The position numbers were made by a program, and so were the translations under genes. A DNA stretch of 64,000 nucleotides. Origin: Tetramitus jugosus. Its lineage: Eukaryota; Protista; Heterolobosea. The DNA lies in NCBI GenBank assembly GCA_937625935.1, contig OW569346.1, forward strand, positions 434,001 to 498,000. The letters run 5' to 3'. Under the pieces are notes generated by a model that saw only the letters and a list, made by a program, of their open reading frames with translations, had not been told where the DNA came from and ran no database searches. Below, in pieces: positions 1-12,300 of this stretch (the first letter of the stretch is position 1; each line of letters begins with the position of its first letter).

Positions 1-1138
1 TTTCCATTCTTGTAAAATTCGCTCTTGTTCTGAAATTGTTCCAATCGTTCGAGTGCCAAGTCCAAAAACACGACACGATCAATTGAAAACTGTTTCCGCA
101 TCTCTCCCATCCAAGCTGGCATCGTAACATGATGAGCAGGCTCCTGTAAAATATCATACTCTGGAATATATGGCTTAATATCAATAATCGGTGTTCCATC
201 AACCAAATCGACACCAGACAAGTGCAAAATGGTCTCTTGCGTTTCTTCCACTAGTTCGATCCGATCCAATTTCACAACAGACATGCCCAATGGATTCGGC
301 CTATACGGAGAACGACATGCAAGTGCACCCACTTTTTTACCAGCCAATCGAGGAGGCTTGACCTTGGCCTTGTTCAATAAACTGGCAGCAGTGAGACTTT
401 GATTATTCTTGGTGGTAGCTTCCACATTTTCATCAGTCGTGTGTTCACCACTCTCACCACTGTTGTTATTCTCAGCACTCAATTGCTGAACATGAAAATT
501 TTGATGAAAGATCCAAAAGAGCCAAATGTGACTAAATTCTTCCAATCCTTCAACAAAGTGATACGTGTTGGCTCTTTGTGGCAAATCCTTGGCTCCCAAG
601 TGAGACTTGTATCGATGCTTTTGTTCATAGGTGGAGGACATGGTGAGTCGAAGCTTACCACGTGCGTTGGGAATAATCATGGATTGCCTATACATCCATA
701 CATCAAAATAATCCATATTAGTCTCTTGTTTCTTCATAATTGATATTGTTGTTGTTGCTGTGTGTGAAAAAAAAATGGCGATGCATACCTTGGAGTGCCT
801 TGCTTTTGCTTCCAGCATGTCTCCATGTGACCAATTGGTTCTAGCACAAATCTTTGCATTGTTGTTTCGGTTTTATTCTTCTTCTTGTTTTGTGTTGTGG
901 TGTTGTTGGTGCTTTGAGTGAAAATTTTTGCCACAATTTTTGTCGTTGCTTCTGTTTCTGTTGTTGTTGGTTGTGGATTGACGATGGTTGTTTGATGAGA
1001 GCTTGGTGGAGTGTTGCTGCCAACGATGTTGTTTGATGTTGGAGTATCCGGCGAATAGGTGCGCTGGTGAAATGCATGTGTCGAGAAGAAGCGACAAGGT
1101 CTGAGAATTGGCTTGGCCAACAATAGGCGGGACTGCAT
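1..1138 (-). CDS. TRMO: tRNA (adenine-37-N6)-methyltransferase TrmO/TsaA; two exons seen (intron 688-788); 3' end runs off the window
   Basis: Splicing GTATGC..TAG joins KQGTPR|QSMIIP. Exon 2 reads EGLEEFSHIWLFWIFH, KVKPPRL, RSPYRPNPLGMSVV and GVDLVDGTPIIDIKPY, all TsaA motifs. Confidence 0.92.
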
Positions 1139-2162
1139 GAGATTGAGATTGTTTCTAATTTTTTGGTGCTATTCTGAGAGTTGTCCACAAGTCGAGCTGG
1201 AGCAATAATCATTATTGCACCGTTTAGAGGAATTTGCGCCTCTTATGAACAATTAGAAAGAAGAGGCATGTTGAATTATCAAGTGAATATCTGAAAGAAT
1301 GGGTCAACCTCTTCCTGTTCGACCGAGGATTGGACGAACATTATCATAGATTTCTTTCATTTGTTCCATGTTATCAATCCGTACGTCTTGACTGAGTATT
1401 GCAGCCGTTGCTTCCTTGGGTCATTGGATCATAAGTTCTGAGCATCGAGTCATTCAAGTTCAATCGCCGACTTATGCTGCTATGTGTTGTATTGATAGGA
1501 TTTCCCATCAAAATTAATCGTGAGACGAGCTACACTTCGGAGTTGACTGAAGGGTTTATTGATCAGTTGATGACATCCAATTTTTGTTGTGATGATGGAG
1601 TGAATATGGAACTCATTGTTGTGGTGTTCTTGAAGGTTCGTTGTGTCCCTAGAGATTTTAAATCTAGCAACACAACTTAATTAGCAACCTAGTTAGGATA
1701 CAATAAGTTGGAACAGTAGAATCCAGTATCGTTGAGAAGATGAAGCAGTACAAAGTCCAGAACCACTCTGGTAATTCCACTTTAAGGTACCCAATCTGTT
1801 CTTTGCAATTGATGAGCAATAGTCCAAGATAGTACTGGCTTCAATCTGTTCTTGATTCTATTAGAGTTAAACTACTCCTACCTCTAAATCCACCATAGCT
1901 CCCGTCAGAAATCAATTCACAATCGAGTAGAGAACTGGACGGTCCGTAATTCCGGGACGGATTCGCGGGGTGGTCCAAAACACCAACAACCAAAAATCTC
2001 CGGGTAAGGAGCATTTTCTAGCAAACTAAAGCCCGCATCTCGTCCGAACAAATAGAACACGCGCAAATCCTTCACACAGACCGCCAGAAAACAAACCCAC
2101 CCACTACCCACCCGCCACATCAAACAACAACCCACTACCATTACTATCAACTCCTTTGAAAA

Positions 2163-3518
2163 ATGTGGATACTTTCTCCCTTATTCGCCTTCCTCTATCA
2201 CATCATATACTATAGTTTCTATCTTTTCTGTTATTTGGTGAAAACGTGGAAACGGATTCGACTCGGTGTGAAACAGTACATGTCTGGTGGTAACCATCTA
2301 TATCGAATCATTTCAACAACAACAACAACAAGTAAAGATAACAACAACAATAATACTCTAGCACAATCATCGTCATCCAATCATGAGGCGACACTATCAA
2401 CGAAAACAATCAACAAAAACAACAAAAACAACAATGAAGAAAAGAGTCAAAAAATGATCAAAATCAATCATTTAGCAGTGATATTATCTGAGGATGCCAT
2501 ACGGGATTTACAATGCAGTCATTATGACTCATCATCATCATCAGTGATAACCACACTTCAAAATTGGATTCAATGGTGTTCACTCTTTAGTCATCAAGAT
2601 GATGATGACAGTCATGTCAAGTTTGTTCTGAACAGTCAAAAGACTAATAATAATAATAATGGTAGTAGTGATGTGAATGGTGATGAACTCGGCGAAGTTT
2701 ATTGTTTCAATGGTGTTCAAAATTTGAGTTTTTATGATGTGAATGGCTCACTGCGGCAACAATTTTCGTTATTGAACAAGGAACTCGTCAAAAAATCAGA
2801 CAATAACAATGTCACAATCCATGCATCATCGCCCATGGAACAGGATTTTGAAGCGGTGCCATACATTGATTTTCAAAGCAGTAGTATTCGAAAGAGAAGT
2901 GCTACAATGACAACTGATGATGATGATGATCACACAAGGGTCATCAAGAGATTCCGATTGTTAAACTATGAGAGTTGTGGAAGACCGTTTGTGACAAGAG
3001 TAGCACACGAGTTGATCACTGACAATGCACTCAAGCGACAAGTGCTGAAACAGGAGGAAGAGATGCAAAATCAAGGAAAATTTGGTGTCAATCATGAAAA
3101 GAAGAAACTTGCATCCAACAAGAAACAAAACAAGCAGTCCATATCAAACACAATTGTTAAGCAGAAGAAGGCGGAGGAGGAGCAGCAGAGGAAGCACAAG
3201 AGAAGGGAGCATAATAGTAATCACATGAAGGAGTCTCAACTCTGGTTGGTGTTGAGTGAAGATGACCAAAGAGAGCGATTAGAGCTGAATTCTATTGTGG
3301 AGAAACGTATGAAGGAGGCCAAGGAAGATTTGTTCCCTGAACCTGAGTTGTTGCTTGTTTTTAGTCCTAAAGTATGCTGTCTGCACGGATTTTCGCCTAT
3401 TCACCTGCGTTACACTCAGATCATTCACGTTGAGGAGTCAATTACTCATTTTTCCTATGACAGCTTTGTTCGATGTCTATTGCAGTTTGCAGGATGTGAG
3501 CAGAGATATGGAGTATGA
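2163..3518 (+). CDS. NUS1: Cis-prenyltransferase regulatory subunit Nus1/NgBR
   Basis: N-terminal TM segment, HLAVIL, PEPELLLVF...LHGFSPIHLRYTQI and the C-terminal RxG motif (EQRYGV). Confidence 0.85.
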   Translation: MWILSPLFAFLYHIIYYSFYLFCYLVKTWKRIRLGVKQYMSGGNHLYRIISTTTTTSKDNNNNNTLAQSSSSNHEATLSTKTINKNNKNNNEEKSQKMIKINHLAVILSEDAIRDLQCSHYDSSSSSVITTLQNWIQWCSLFSHQDDDDSHVKFVLNSQKTNNNNNGSSDVNGDELGEVYCFNGVQNLSFYDVNGSLRQQFSLLNKELVKKSDNNNVTIHASSPMEQDFEAVPYIDFQSSSIRKRSATMTTDDDDDHTRVIKRFRLLNYESCGRPFVTRVAHELITDNALKRQVLKQEEEMQNQGKFGVNHEKKKLASNKKQNKQSISNTIVKQKKAEEEQQRKHKRREHNSNHMKESQLWLVLSEDDQRERLELNSIVEKRMKEAKEDLFPEPELLLVFSPKVCCLHGFSPIHLRYTQIIHVEESITHFSYDSFVRCLLQFAGCEQRYGV

Positions 3519-3802
3519 ACAGTCGCTAATAAAATAAATACTTTCTTTCTCAGACATGCCCTTTCCTCTCTTAGAAACGTCTTCGCTTCTCTGCGAGAAT
3601 ATGTCACCGTCTTATTGACTTCTCAGACGTAGCTTGCAAACAGCTCTGCCAAGGTTCGACTGAGGATCTGTGATATCACTTTTCACCAATCCTACCTGTT
3701 GGACATGGTTATTCCTTGAAAAAACGCAGAATTTGTTCCGCAACAAAAAGTAGCCGGTACGAAAACGAATGTAATATTTGATATGGAATTTGTAGTAAGA
3801 AG

Positions 3803-3875
3803 GCCGAAATAGCTCAGTTGGGAGAGCGTGAGACTGAAGATCTTAAGGTCGCGTGTTCGATCCACGCTTTCGGCA
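3803..3875 (+). tRNA. tRNA-Phe(GAA), intronless
   Basis: 73-nt cloverleaf with GCCGAAA/TTTCGGC acceptor stem, AGCTCAGTTGGGAGAGC D-arm, CTGAAGA anticodon loop and GTTCGATCC T-loop. Confidence 0.97.
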
Positions 3876-3949
3876 ACCTTTTGGAGAAAGTTCGGATGTC
3901 AAATAAATTTTTAGTCAAATAAAACGTCAGCTAAAAGAATCATGTCATT

Positions 3950-6900
3950 ATGCGCAAGTACAACGGTCGCAGTCCTCCACAACAACAAGAAGAAACCAAC
4001 ACCACGTCCGAACAGACAGTCACCAGACAGTTGTATGACGAGCTCGACAAATTGGTGCAACTAACTACACCTACTCCTCTTGAACGCAACAACAATAATA
4101 AAGAAGACTTGTTGCTGCAACGAGGTGTTGTTGATGCTATTGATGACGACGATAATGATGATAATTTTGAATATTATTTGGATTATGGAGATGATGACTT
4201 TAGTGATGAGAAGACAAACAACAACAATAGTAGTAGTAGTAGCACTGGTGGTGATGATGGTAGTGATGAAGAAACGATTGATATCGATGTGAGTGAGTAT
4301 TCCAATTCGGATAATGAACTGTTTGAGCATTCAGTGTTGGAGCAAGTGATTGAAAATCGCATCAGAAGACAACAAGAATTGGATTATCGATTAAAAGTGA
4401 AGGATTATGTAGAGAGAAGTGATTCAGAGAATGATGATGATCATGACGATGATTATGATGACCATGATGACCATGATGAAAATGATGACCATGACGAAAA
4501 TGATTCCAATGATGATAATGTGAATGTTGCCATGATGGGTGGTGATGTCTCGTATCAAGACAATCGACAATTTGGCTCCATCAGAAGCAATACTCGCAGT
4601 TCTCAAAGCACTCTCAACAACTCCAATCATCAGGGCAGCAGTGCTGTTCTATCTGTTATTGGTGGAAATTCATTATTGGATCGAGTAGGTGTCATCATAC
4701 CAATGAACAATCGACATCAGAGAGGCAGTACAAGTTACGCTGTTCACAGCAGACACAATGACAACCATTCTTACAGGAATGACGGTAGTGACGATGACGA
4801 TGATGATGAGTCCTATGACGAGAGTTATTATTCATCTTCAGCATCTCTCTCATTGAGAAAAACACCTCCACGACGATCGCGTGCCTCTACAACTTCCTCA
4901 ACTTATACAGCTTCCACTTACAGCAGGAATCATCGATCCCCTCCAGTGCAAACGAATCAACCGCCACGTTCTGTCAATAGTGACATGATGAACAAAAGGA
5001 AGAGAAGATCTTGCTCTCTGGGTGGTTACGATTATTCGAACAGGCAAACTCACAATGATAATATCACTTCTAATACGATAGAGTTGGCAGAAGGTGTGGA
5101 CTTTATGAAGATTATTGCAAGAGATGAGCGAAAAAGGAGAAGAAGCAGCGTATCTGCAACCAACACTAGCTTGAGCCATCGGCTACCAACTGAAGATATT
5201 ATTTCTGGCAATGCAAGTATAGTACAGGCTTTTACGGATTTGGATATGATAATGATGAGAGATGTTACTGACGACAACCAAATGGTTCGTAGGACGAATC
5301 CATTGGCGGATCAGTCCTCCCTATTGATGACAAACGATGATTATTATACAACCAATCCAAAGTCGCACGAGGTGATCATGATGGATGATGACTTACAGCG
5401 AACACTGAGCGAGTTTTGTGAGAGTTATGCCATCTCATTATTACCAGAGAAGTGTGACAAGCCCAATTTCTTCTTCGAGCTTCCGACCGATGTACAGTTG
5501 TATATATTTGAATTTTTGTCTGATAGAGACAGATTAGGTTTATCACTAGTGAACCGCCAGATGCATGAATTAGTCTCTCGAGACTTCTTTTGGCATGATC
5601 GTTATGTTAATTTTGTACAGTCTAGAGAAATTCAAACTAATAAGAGCATCCTAACATTTATCCCAGAGTTGCGCTTTGTGGAGCCTAATGACTTTCGTAG
5701 GCATTTGGTTGCCACTCGGCGGAAGCAGCACATATTCCAGGATAGAAGGAACGCGGAGGGCTACTTTTCAAAGTATCGACTGCTTTGTTTGTTTGAATCA
5801 GTCGTTGTCGGTCCTGCGATTATTGCTGGATGTTTCATTGTCAGTACAATACTGTTTGGGATGCATTATGATTCGATTATTGCGCCTTCTCAGGGAAATC
5901 TAACTCTAGTGTTCATGCCGATGGTGATTGCTGTTGTAGTTTATTTGATAGGCATATTAACGTTACTGCTGAGAGAGACTCTATTCTTCCAATATGGATT
6001 CTTCGACCTCATTCACTTCTTTCATTTCTTAAGTTGTGTGTTGGTTCCATTCCCAATATTTTTCCTGCTGCTGGTAATTGCATTGAAGCTGCTATTTCTC
6101 TCATCACCTAGATTTCTGTGGAGCTATGCATCAGTACCTTGCATCATTGTTATGTTGGCTGTTTATTTGCCAATGATCATATCGATGATGTACAAGGCGA
6201 TACGGAAACGGATGACATTTGATGAAATTGTATATGATGCTGACATGTACACAAATAATAGGTCGCAGCGAGCAAAAACACAAAGAATTCACAATCTCGA
6301 CACAGAGTACGACATGAACAGTGTCGTCGTGAGGTTAAGCATGGATGAAGAAGATGATCGTGCGCGAATGTATGATAGTCTATATCATCATGATACACCA
6401 AGGGAATCGGACTCGTCAGATGCTCTGACCGTTTATGATCAAGCAATTCGGAATCGGTTATTGAGATACAAGAGAGCAGAGCAATATTCGAGGAGCAAGT
6501 TTTTGTTGCACGACTTTGAGCGAGAGCATGTCGAGAAGGATGATTTGATGTCAGACGAGGACAGTGAAAGTTTGGACACTATCCATCAACCAACTCTTCC
6601 CTATGATCGAGTTTTAGCTCGAAAGTCACCCAATGCAGCAAACTTGGAAGTGAGATTGATGCGAGTGGCTCAAAGAAAGGACAGAACGGCACTTGTTGTT
6701 CTCTACCTAGCAATAGGAGTTGTACTCTTTTGTTCTGTATTGACCATGGTTACCATACCATTGAAGCTCGACGGATTTACTCATGTGTCCTGGGGATCAG
6801 TGTTTGCACCTCTGTGGGTTATCTTTGTCGTTCTCCTCTTTGGAATTCCACTGTATCTGCTCTTTGGAATACTGACTGATGTTCCTCCTCGGAGATTAGT

Positions 6901-7180
6901 CAATTTCTGGCGTCAGATCAACAAGGACAAAGAGAACAGCTCTAGTTCAGAGGGGCAGCTTCCTGGAGAATCTGGAGGAGCTTTCGTGGCATTCATTATG
7001 ATACCATTCTTTCATTCGCTGCCGGGACTCGTCGGCCTCATACTGTTGGGTCTGAAGCTTGACAACTTTGCACCAAACATACCATTGACTGCTGGGTGTG
7101 CCGTTTTGGCAATTTGGCAATTCTTGCTCATTAGCACCTATGTCATTGTTGCTCTGCCCTTTAGTCTTCTGGCCAACTGA
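3950..7180 (+). CDS. F-box protein with a C-terminal multi-pass TMEM185-like membrane region
   Basis: F-box LPTDVQLYIFEFL..LSLVNRQMHEL..FFW, then about 8 TM helices with repeated LKLD-x-W-x2-VF-x-PLW-type units. Confidence 0.75.
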   Translation: MRKYNGRSPPQQQEETNTTSEQTVTRQLYDELDKLVQLTTPTPLERNNNNKEDLLLQRGVVDAIDDDDNDDNFEYYLDYGDDDFSDEKTNNNNSSSSSTGGDDGSDEETIDIDVSEYSNSDNELFEHSVLEQVIENRIRRQQELDYRLKVKDYVERSDSENDDDHDDDYDDHDDHDENDDHDENDSNDDNVNVAMMGGDVSYQDNRQFGSIRSNTRSSQSTLNNSNHQGSSAVLSVIGGNSLLDRVGVIIPMNNRHQRGSTSYAVHSRHNDNHSYRNDGSDDDDDDESYDESYYSSSASLSLRKTPPRRSRASTTSSTYTASTYSRNHRSPPVQTNQPPRSVNSDMMNKRKRRSCSLGGYDYSNRQTHNDNITSNTIELAEGVDFMKIIARDERKRRRSSVSATNTSLSHRLPTEDIISGNASIVQAFTDLDMIMMRDVTDDNQMVRRTNPLADQSSLLMTNDDYYTTNPKSHEVIMMDDDLQRTLSEFCESYAISLLPEKCDKPNFFFELPTDVQLYIFEFLSDRDRLGLSLVNRQMHELVSRDFFWHDRYVNFVQSREIQTNKSILTFIPELRFVEPNDFRRHLVATRRKQHIFQDRRNAEGYFSKYRLLCLFESVVVGPAIIAGCFIVSTILFGMHYDSIIAPSQGNLTLVFMPMVIAVVVYLIGILTLLLRETLFFQYGFFDLIHFFHFLSCVLVPFPIFFLLLVIALKLLFLSSPRFLWSYASVPCIIVMLAVYLPMIISMMYKAIRKRMTFDEIVYDADMYTNNRSQRAKTQRIHNLDTEYDMNSVVVRLSMDEEDDRARMYDSLYHHDTPRESDSSDALTVYDQAIRNRLLRYKRAEQYSRSKFLLHDFEREHVEKDDLMSDEDSESLDTIHQPTLPYDRVLARKSPNAANLEVRLMRVAQRKDRTALVVLYLAIGVVLFCSVLTMVTIPLKLDGFTHVSWGSVFAPLWVIFVVLLFGIPLYLLFGILTDVPPRRLVNFWRQINKDKENSSSSEGQLPGESGGAFVAFIMIPFFHSLPGLVGLILLGLKLDNFAPNIPLTAGCAVLAIWQFLLISTYVIVALPFSLLAN

Positions 7181-7278
7181 AACTTCCAACCAACAACAAT
7201 AAAAGTGTTTTGTGCTTCCACAAATTGCTCGAACAAAATATCGCGAGCCAAGAACACATTGAAAACATCAAAGAGACG

Positions 7279-9366
7279 ATGAAAGAGGCTGATGATATCA
7301 TTTGCCTATCAAGTGACGATGATGACGACGAGCAAGTTCCAACCACACCGCCACCACCACACCAACGAGCTCCACCAACAACACGATCATTATCATCCAT
7401 TGTTTGTCTCTCTTCTCAAGAATTCGAAGAAACAGAAGAAGATTTGACAATAGTCCATGAATCACATGCATCATCACCAATATCACCATTATCACCAACA
7501 GAAGTACAAGTAGTTGAACAACAACAACAAGATGCTGATATTCATGGCAGTGGTGGTGTCGGTGAAGATGAAAATGGCGTTCCATTGTTCATGAAATCTG
7601 TGCACACTTCTCCGTCTTCGTACATGATGTCTCGATCGACTCGTAAACCATATGACACATCTGCTTACACGAGAAAGAGAAGGAGATCTTCTTTAGAGCA
7701 TAGTATGGAATTCTCACCATCGTCGTCGTCATCATTGTCATCGAATCTTCTGAATATTAATAATGATGATGATGATGATACGGAGACCTTACAAGAGAAT
7801 AACAGTGGAGGAGATAAGAAGAAGAATGATGATAAGGTCGAAGAAGAAGAAGAAGAAGAGATTGATGATGAGTATGATGTTGATGTGTTGGATCAGGTGG
7901 AAACATTGACCAGTAAGGCCAGCACTCGAAAAAAGTTGGAAAAGTTGGAACAGTGTTACATGAAGCGACTCAAGGGTAAATTTTCAAATTTTGAGATTTG
8001 TATTCGAATGGATCCGAGTATTGTGCAGAGTGTGGGAGGATCCGACATTCAGCAAACTATTCTGGAAGAGTATGACAAGGATCAGTTGTTGTTGGGTAGT
8101 TATGATATCAATCAATCACAGTGCAGTGAAGATGAGAGTAATAACGAGAGTCATAATGAACCAAGACGAAAGAAAAGAAGAGGACCAGCATTTCATGAAG
8201 CGAATGGCAATAGACTTGACACATCATTGAACAATCTAAAGATTAAGAACCAAATCTTGTTTGAACGGTGGCTTCCGGGTCATTTTTGTGAGTATGTGCT
8301 CTATTGTGAGAGGAGAAGCCGGGCGAAGCTGTCGATTGATATGGCAAGGTTCCTTATCACTCGGGTGATTCCAATGTTGAGCAAAGAATGGAAGAATGAG
8401 TGCAATGGAGATGTTGAGGTCATTCTAGATCGTTTATTGGCAATAGAACAATGTGCTGGGGTTGTTGTTAGCCCGGATGCCAGAGACCTTATGATCCCAG
8501 TTCCAATTCCTCATATCACGGTTGTTCGGATTCCTGGTGATAACTTAGTCGAACTGATACAGGCAAATACCTTGAGTGGTTACGTGGAAAAGGTATGCTC
8601 TGAATTTCAGTCCCAATTCACCACAGTTGTCAAGAACAACAAGTATGTACGATATTTCGAAGATGTGGATATTCTTCGCCCGATTGTTTTCTTTCTAGTC
8701 GAGGGATTGCAGTCATATTTGAAGATTAGGCAACAATCTCGCTACAGAAAGATTATGAACAACCAAAAGAAAAAGAACAAGAGTTCCAATCGGAAGCAGA
8801 AGACCAAAGAAAATGATGACGCTGATGTATCCGAACAAGAAATTGAGCAGAAGGTAATCCAAGCACAATTAGAGCACCACTGTCAAATTTACCACACGAA
8901 GAACGGACAGGAGTCTGCTGATTATTTGGTGTCAATAGCCCAGAATTTATCAGAGTCACCGTACAAAGCACAAACAAGTGTTATTGACTTCAGATCAGGA
9001 TCATCCTCACCACTCATGAAGTACATTTATACTGGTGACGACACAGACTCGCAGTCATCAAAAAAAAAATTAACGAACGAAGAGATATGGTGCAGTCAAC
9101 TCATGGAAATTTCATCGGTATCAGAGAAAATTGCTAAGTCTATAGTTTCAGTTTATCCCAGTGTCAAATCATTGCTCGATGCCTATAGCGAAATAGATAG
9201 AAAATACGATTATCCCTGTCAACGAAACGAACGAAAGCAAAATATGCTGAAAGATATTCAGTGTACGTGGGGTGTGGGTGAAGGTTCAAGAATGGATCAA
9301 CGATCTATTCGTAAGGTGGGACCTGCTGCCTCAACCAAAGTGTTTATGGTATTTAATCCATCATAA
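7279..9366 (+). CDS. EME1: EME1-like crossover junction endonuclease subunit (ERCC4 domain + HhH)
   Basis: FLVEGLQSYL, IAQNLSESPYK, WCSQLMEISSVSEKIAKSIVSVYPSVKSLLDAY and RKVGPAASTKVF match the EME1 C-terminus. First ATG is 7279. Confidence 0.85.
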   Translation: MKEADDIICLSSDDDDDEQVPTTPPPPHQRAPPTTRSLSSIVCLSSQEFEETEEDLTIVHESHASSPISPLSPTEVQVVEQQQQDADIHGSGGVGEDENGVPLFMKSVHTSPSSYMMSRSTRKPYDTSAYTRKRRRSSLEHSMEFSPSSSSSLSSNLLNINNDDDDDTETLQENNSGGDKKKNDDKVEEEEEEEIDDEYDVDVLDQVETLTSKASTRKKLEKLEQCYMKRLKGKFSNFEICIRMDPSIVQSVGGSDIQQTILEEYDKDQLLLGSYDINQSQCSEDESNNESHNEPRRKKRRGPAFHEANGNRLDTSLNNLKIKNQILFERWLPGHFCEYVLYCERRSRAKLSIDMARFLITRVIPMLSKEWKNECNGDVEVILDRLLAIEQCAGVVVSPDARDLMIPVPIPHITVVRIPGDNLVELIQANTLSGYVEKVCSEFQSQFTTVVKNNKYVRYFEDVDILRPIVFFLVEGLQSYLKIRQQSRYRKIMNNQKKKNKSSNRKQKTKENDDADVSEQEIEQKVIQAQLEHHCQIYHTKNGQESADYLVSIAQNLSESPYKAQTSVIDFRSGSSSPLMKYIYTGDDTDSQSSKKKLTNEEIWCSQLMEISSVSEKIAKSIVSVYPSVKSLLDAYSEIDRKYDYPCQRNERKQNMLKDIQCTWGVGEGSRMDQRSIRKVGPAASTKVFMVFNPS

Positions 9367-12300
9367 ATTAAGTGATGCAAGAGATGATTGTACAAGGGAC
9401 AGTAAACTTTCTCTCGTCTCTGAGCTGGCGCGATACACACTGCTAAGCACAGAAACCGCTTCTGCAATCAAAACAACCTTCTCTGCTCTGGTATACTGCT
9501 TTGTCTCTTCGTTTTGCTCCATTTCGTAGTTAGGAAATGGATTATGGAATTGACCATCGGCTCTGGGAATGATGTGATTTACTTGTTTCTTGATAGGATG
9601 AGCCAGTTTCGCATGTAAGGAAATTTTGAGCGAATTCATTTCTTGCATTGGTATGACACCTGATTGATCATATGAATTATCATCATGATTCCGAAAGTTT
9701 TGACTTCTTATTTGTTCGTCAATCCTTGGAAATAGGCAATGAATGATATCAATATCACGAATAATTAATAGTGCTCTTTGTGTTCCATCATCTATCGTGC
9801 ACACAAGATTACACCACTTACTTTCAATTTGATAGATGAACTTGTGTATGGCATAGATGCTGCAAGAGTCCACATGAAATATTGCTCGCTGCGAGAAAAT
9901 ATGTTGAATATTTGTGTTGCTATACAGAGACAAGAGTTTCATGTTTGGCATGTCAGAGTATGAACCGAGATTCTGATTTCTAGTGCATGGTAATTGAATG
10001 ATTCGACTGCTACCGGGATTAAATGAAATATACACCTTTCCAGATTGAGAGCTATATCTTTTAGAAACATTGTAGAGGATGAGTTGCACATGATTTGGAA
10101 TACATCCTACCAGATGTGATCTTTTCACATAGACATCTATTGTATCAGGTGTGTTTGTGTCTCTCAACACGAGATGTATCTGAGAATTCTGTAAGGTTTG
10201 TCTTCTTATCAAATAACCCTTCATGTTAATAAATTCGTTCGGATTGTTATAAACTGACTGTTTGTTTGATGTCTTGCTATTGTTAATGAGCACCGATCTG
10301 ACAGATTGCAGTGCAGTGTCTTGCTCCTCAACAATTTTCACTACAGATTGATCTGTTAATTCCAGTCCTCCCTGATCCAGAATGACTGGATTGCGAACAG
10401 TGATAATGGTGGATAGACGAAGCATAGAATGCAATCCTAAACCAAACGAGGCTGAACACCGTATCTGGATCGTCGATCTTCGTGTGATAGAATTAGACGG
10501 TGATTGAAGTACGAGAGCCTTCATCGTAAACTCATTGTAAGAATATGACCAATCAGACAGGAAGGTTATTAAAAACTGATATTGGTCATCACAAGCAGCA
10601 GAATCTGTCCTGGTGGTATTCGATTCATTGGGTTGCGAATGTAATGATAGTTGTTGCATGTGATCATATCGGATGCACAGTTTGAGTTGAAATATTTGAA
10701 GAAAGGTAATGGATTCTCCATCTCTTTCATCTTGAACAATTCTGAACTGTGAAACCATGTACACGTCCTTCCGATACCTATTCCAGTCAAACTCTAATTG
10801 AGACGAATCATTCAATAGTAGCTGTACCAATATGGATGCTGTGCTATCGAAAAAGTTGAAGTAAAAGTCTTGTTGCTTCGATGAGGGAAATCCAAGAGAT
10901 CCCAATAGGATCCAATTCGAGGCTATATTATCTATCACGCTCCAATTTGCACCTCTCTTGTTCTCAGGCATGGTATCTTTAAAACATTTAGTACTCCAGT
11001 TGATCAGCTCAGATACCGTCACTATGATTGGTATCTTGTTATTCATATCGCTGTAGGCTGGCTTGTAACAAGAAACAAGATTGCACGACGTATTATGTTG
11101 AACAAAATCGTTGTAGACATCTGCTTGATCCTCTGTGAGCTTCGTGTCGTGGCAATTGGCGACAAAGTACTTTTCAAACAGGTATGATACGATATTACTA
11201 TCCACTAATTGTTGCTCGTTCATTAAATACTCAAACTTTGTTTTGCACTTTTCAAAAAATTGAAGAAATATGATATAGTGCGGATAGAGGTGTGGTTGCT
11301 TTGTCCAAACATCTTCATGTGGCATAATCTTCCCATTCACATTCAGTTGACTTGTATCAATAGAGTGCATGAGAGGACGGTAGTCACTCTCTGAATCCGA
11401 AGAAAACTTGATAATCTGAATTGTGCTTAAACGACAGCATCCAAACCCCTGCAATTCATACTTCTGCTCTAAACTATTCTGAGGAGCAAATATGGGATGT
11501 ACGTTGAATAATCTTACACGAACACCCTTCCTTAATCCTCGACCAAAGTTCTTAATCGGAAAGTAGTTTAGAAAAAGCGAATACTGATCATCTATCGTGC
11601 ACATTGCGTGAGTGTATAGTCGTGCAGTGCATGTAATGTGTCCTTCATAATGAATCGTCTTGCCATGATCAATCATGCTTTCTTCTATCTCTCCTTCTTC
11701 ATTGGACAACACACTACTGTTCAGATCGCTGGTACTTCTTGCTGTCACTCTCTCTGAGATGATTGTCGAGGTTTCCAACAATTGGGATTGGTGATTATGA
11801 TCAACAACTGCAGATGATACCTTTGCTATCTCAACACTCAATGGAAAGAAATAGGTTTGAGCAGATGCCATGTAGTATGAGACTGATGGTGTTTTGAGAT
11901 GCAATGTGTTCACTCCTGCATTCACAGACAGCTTTACTTTCCTTAAACCAGAAAACAGATAGGTCTGATTGACCGTAATAAAGTGATGCAGACAGACAAG
12001 ACTGTGATGCACCTTGGATGAAAATATAATAATGACTTGCTCTGTTTCACTCATTGACCGAACACTACTCAAAAAACTGGAATGTTCATTGCTCTTGTTC
12101 TTCTCATTTGAACCAGATACTAAGTGTTCTCTCTCCTTATTGGATGACGCTTCTGGTATTCTCTGTAATTGAACACGAATCATGAATTGGATGACTCGAT
12201 CAGACGATGATGACGATGATGATGCCTGTGAGAATATGGGACACATGGCAACCACCTCTCCAACAATGGCACAGTTCTTCACTTGAAAGTGATTATCAAT

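Noticed and set aside
7210-7278. Non-ATG N-terminal extensions in the ORF track (also 13347, 18807, 26467, 41671, 54014)
   Set aside because: They are artefacts of allowing TTG/GTG-type starts; the first in-frame ATG was used instead.
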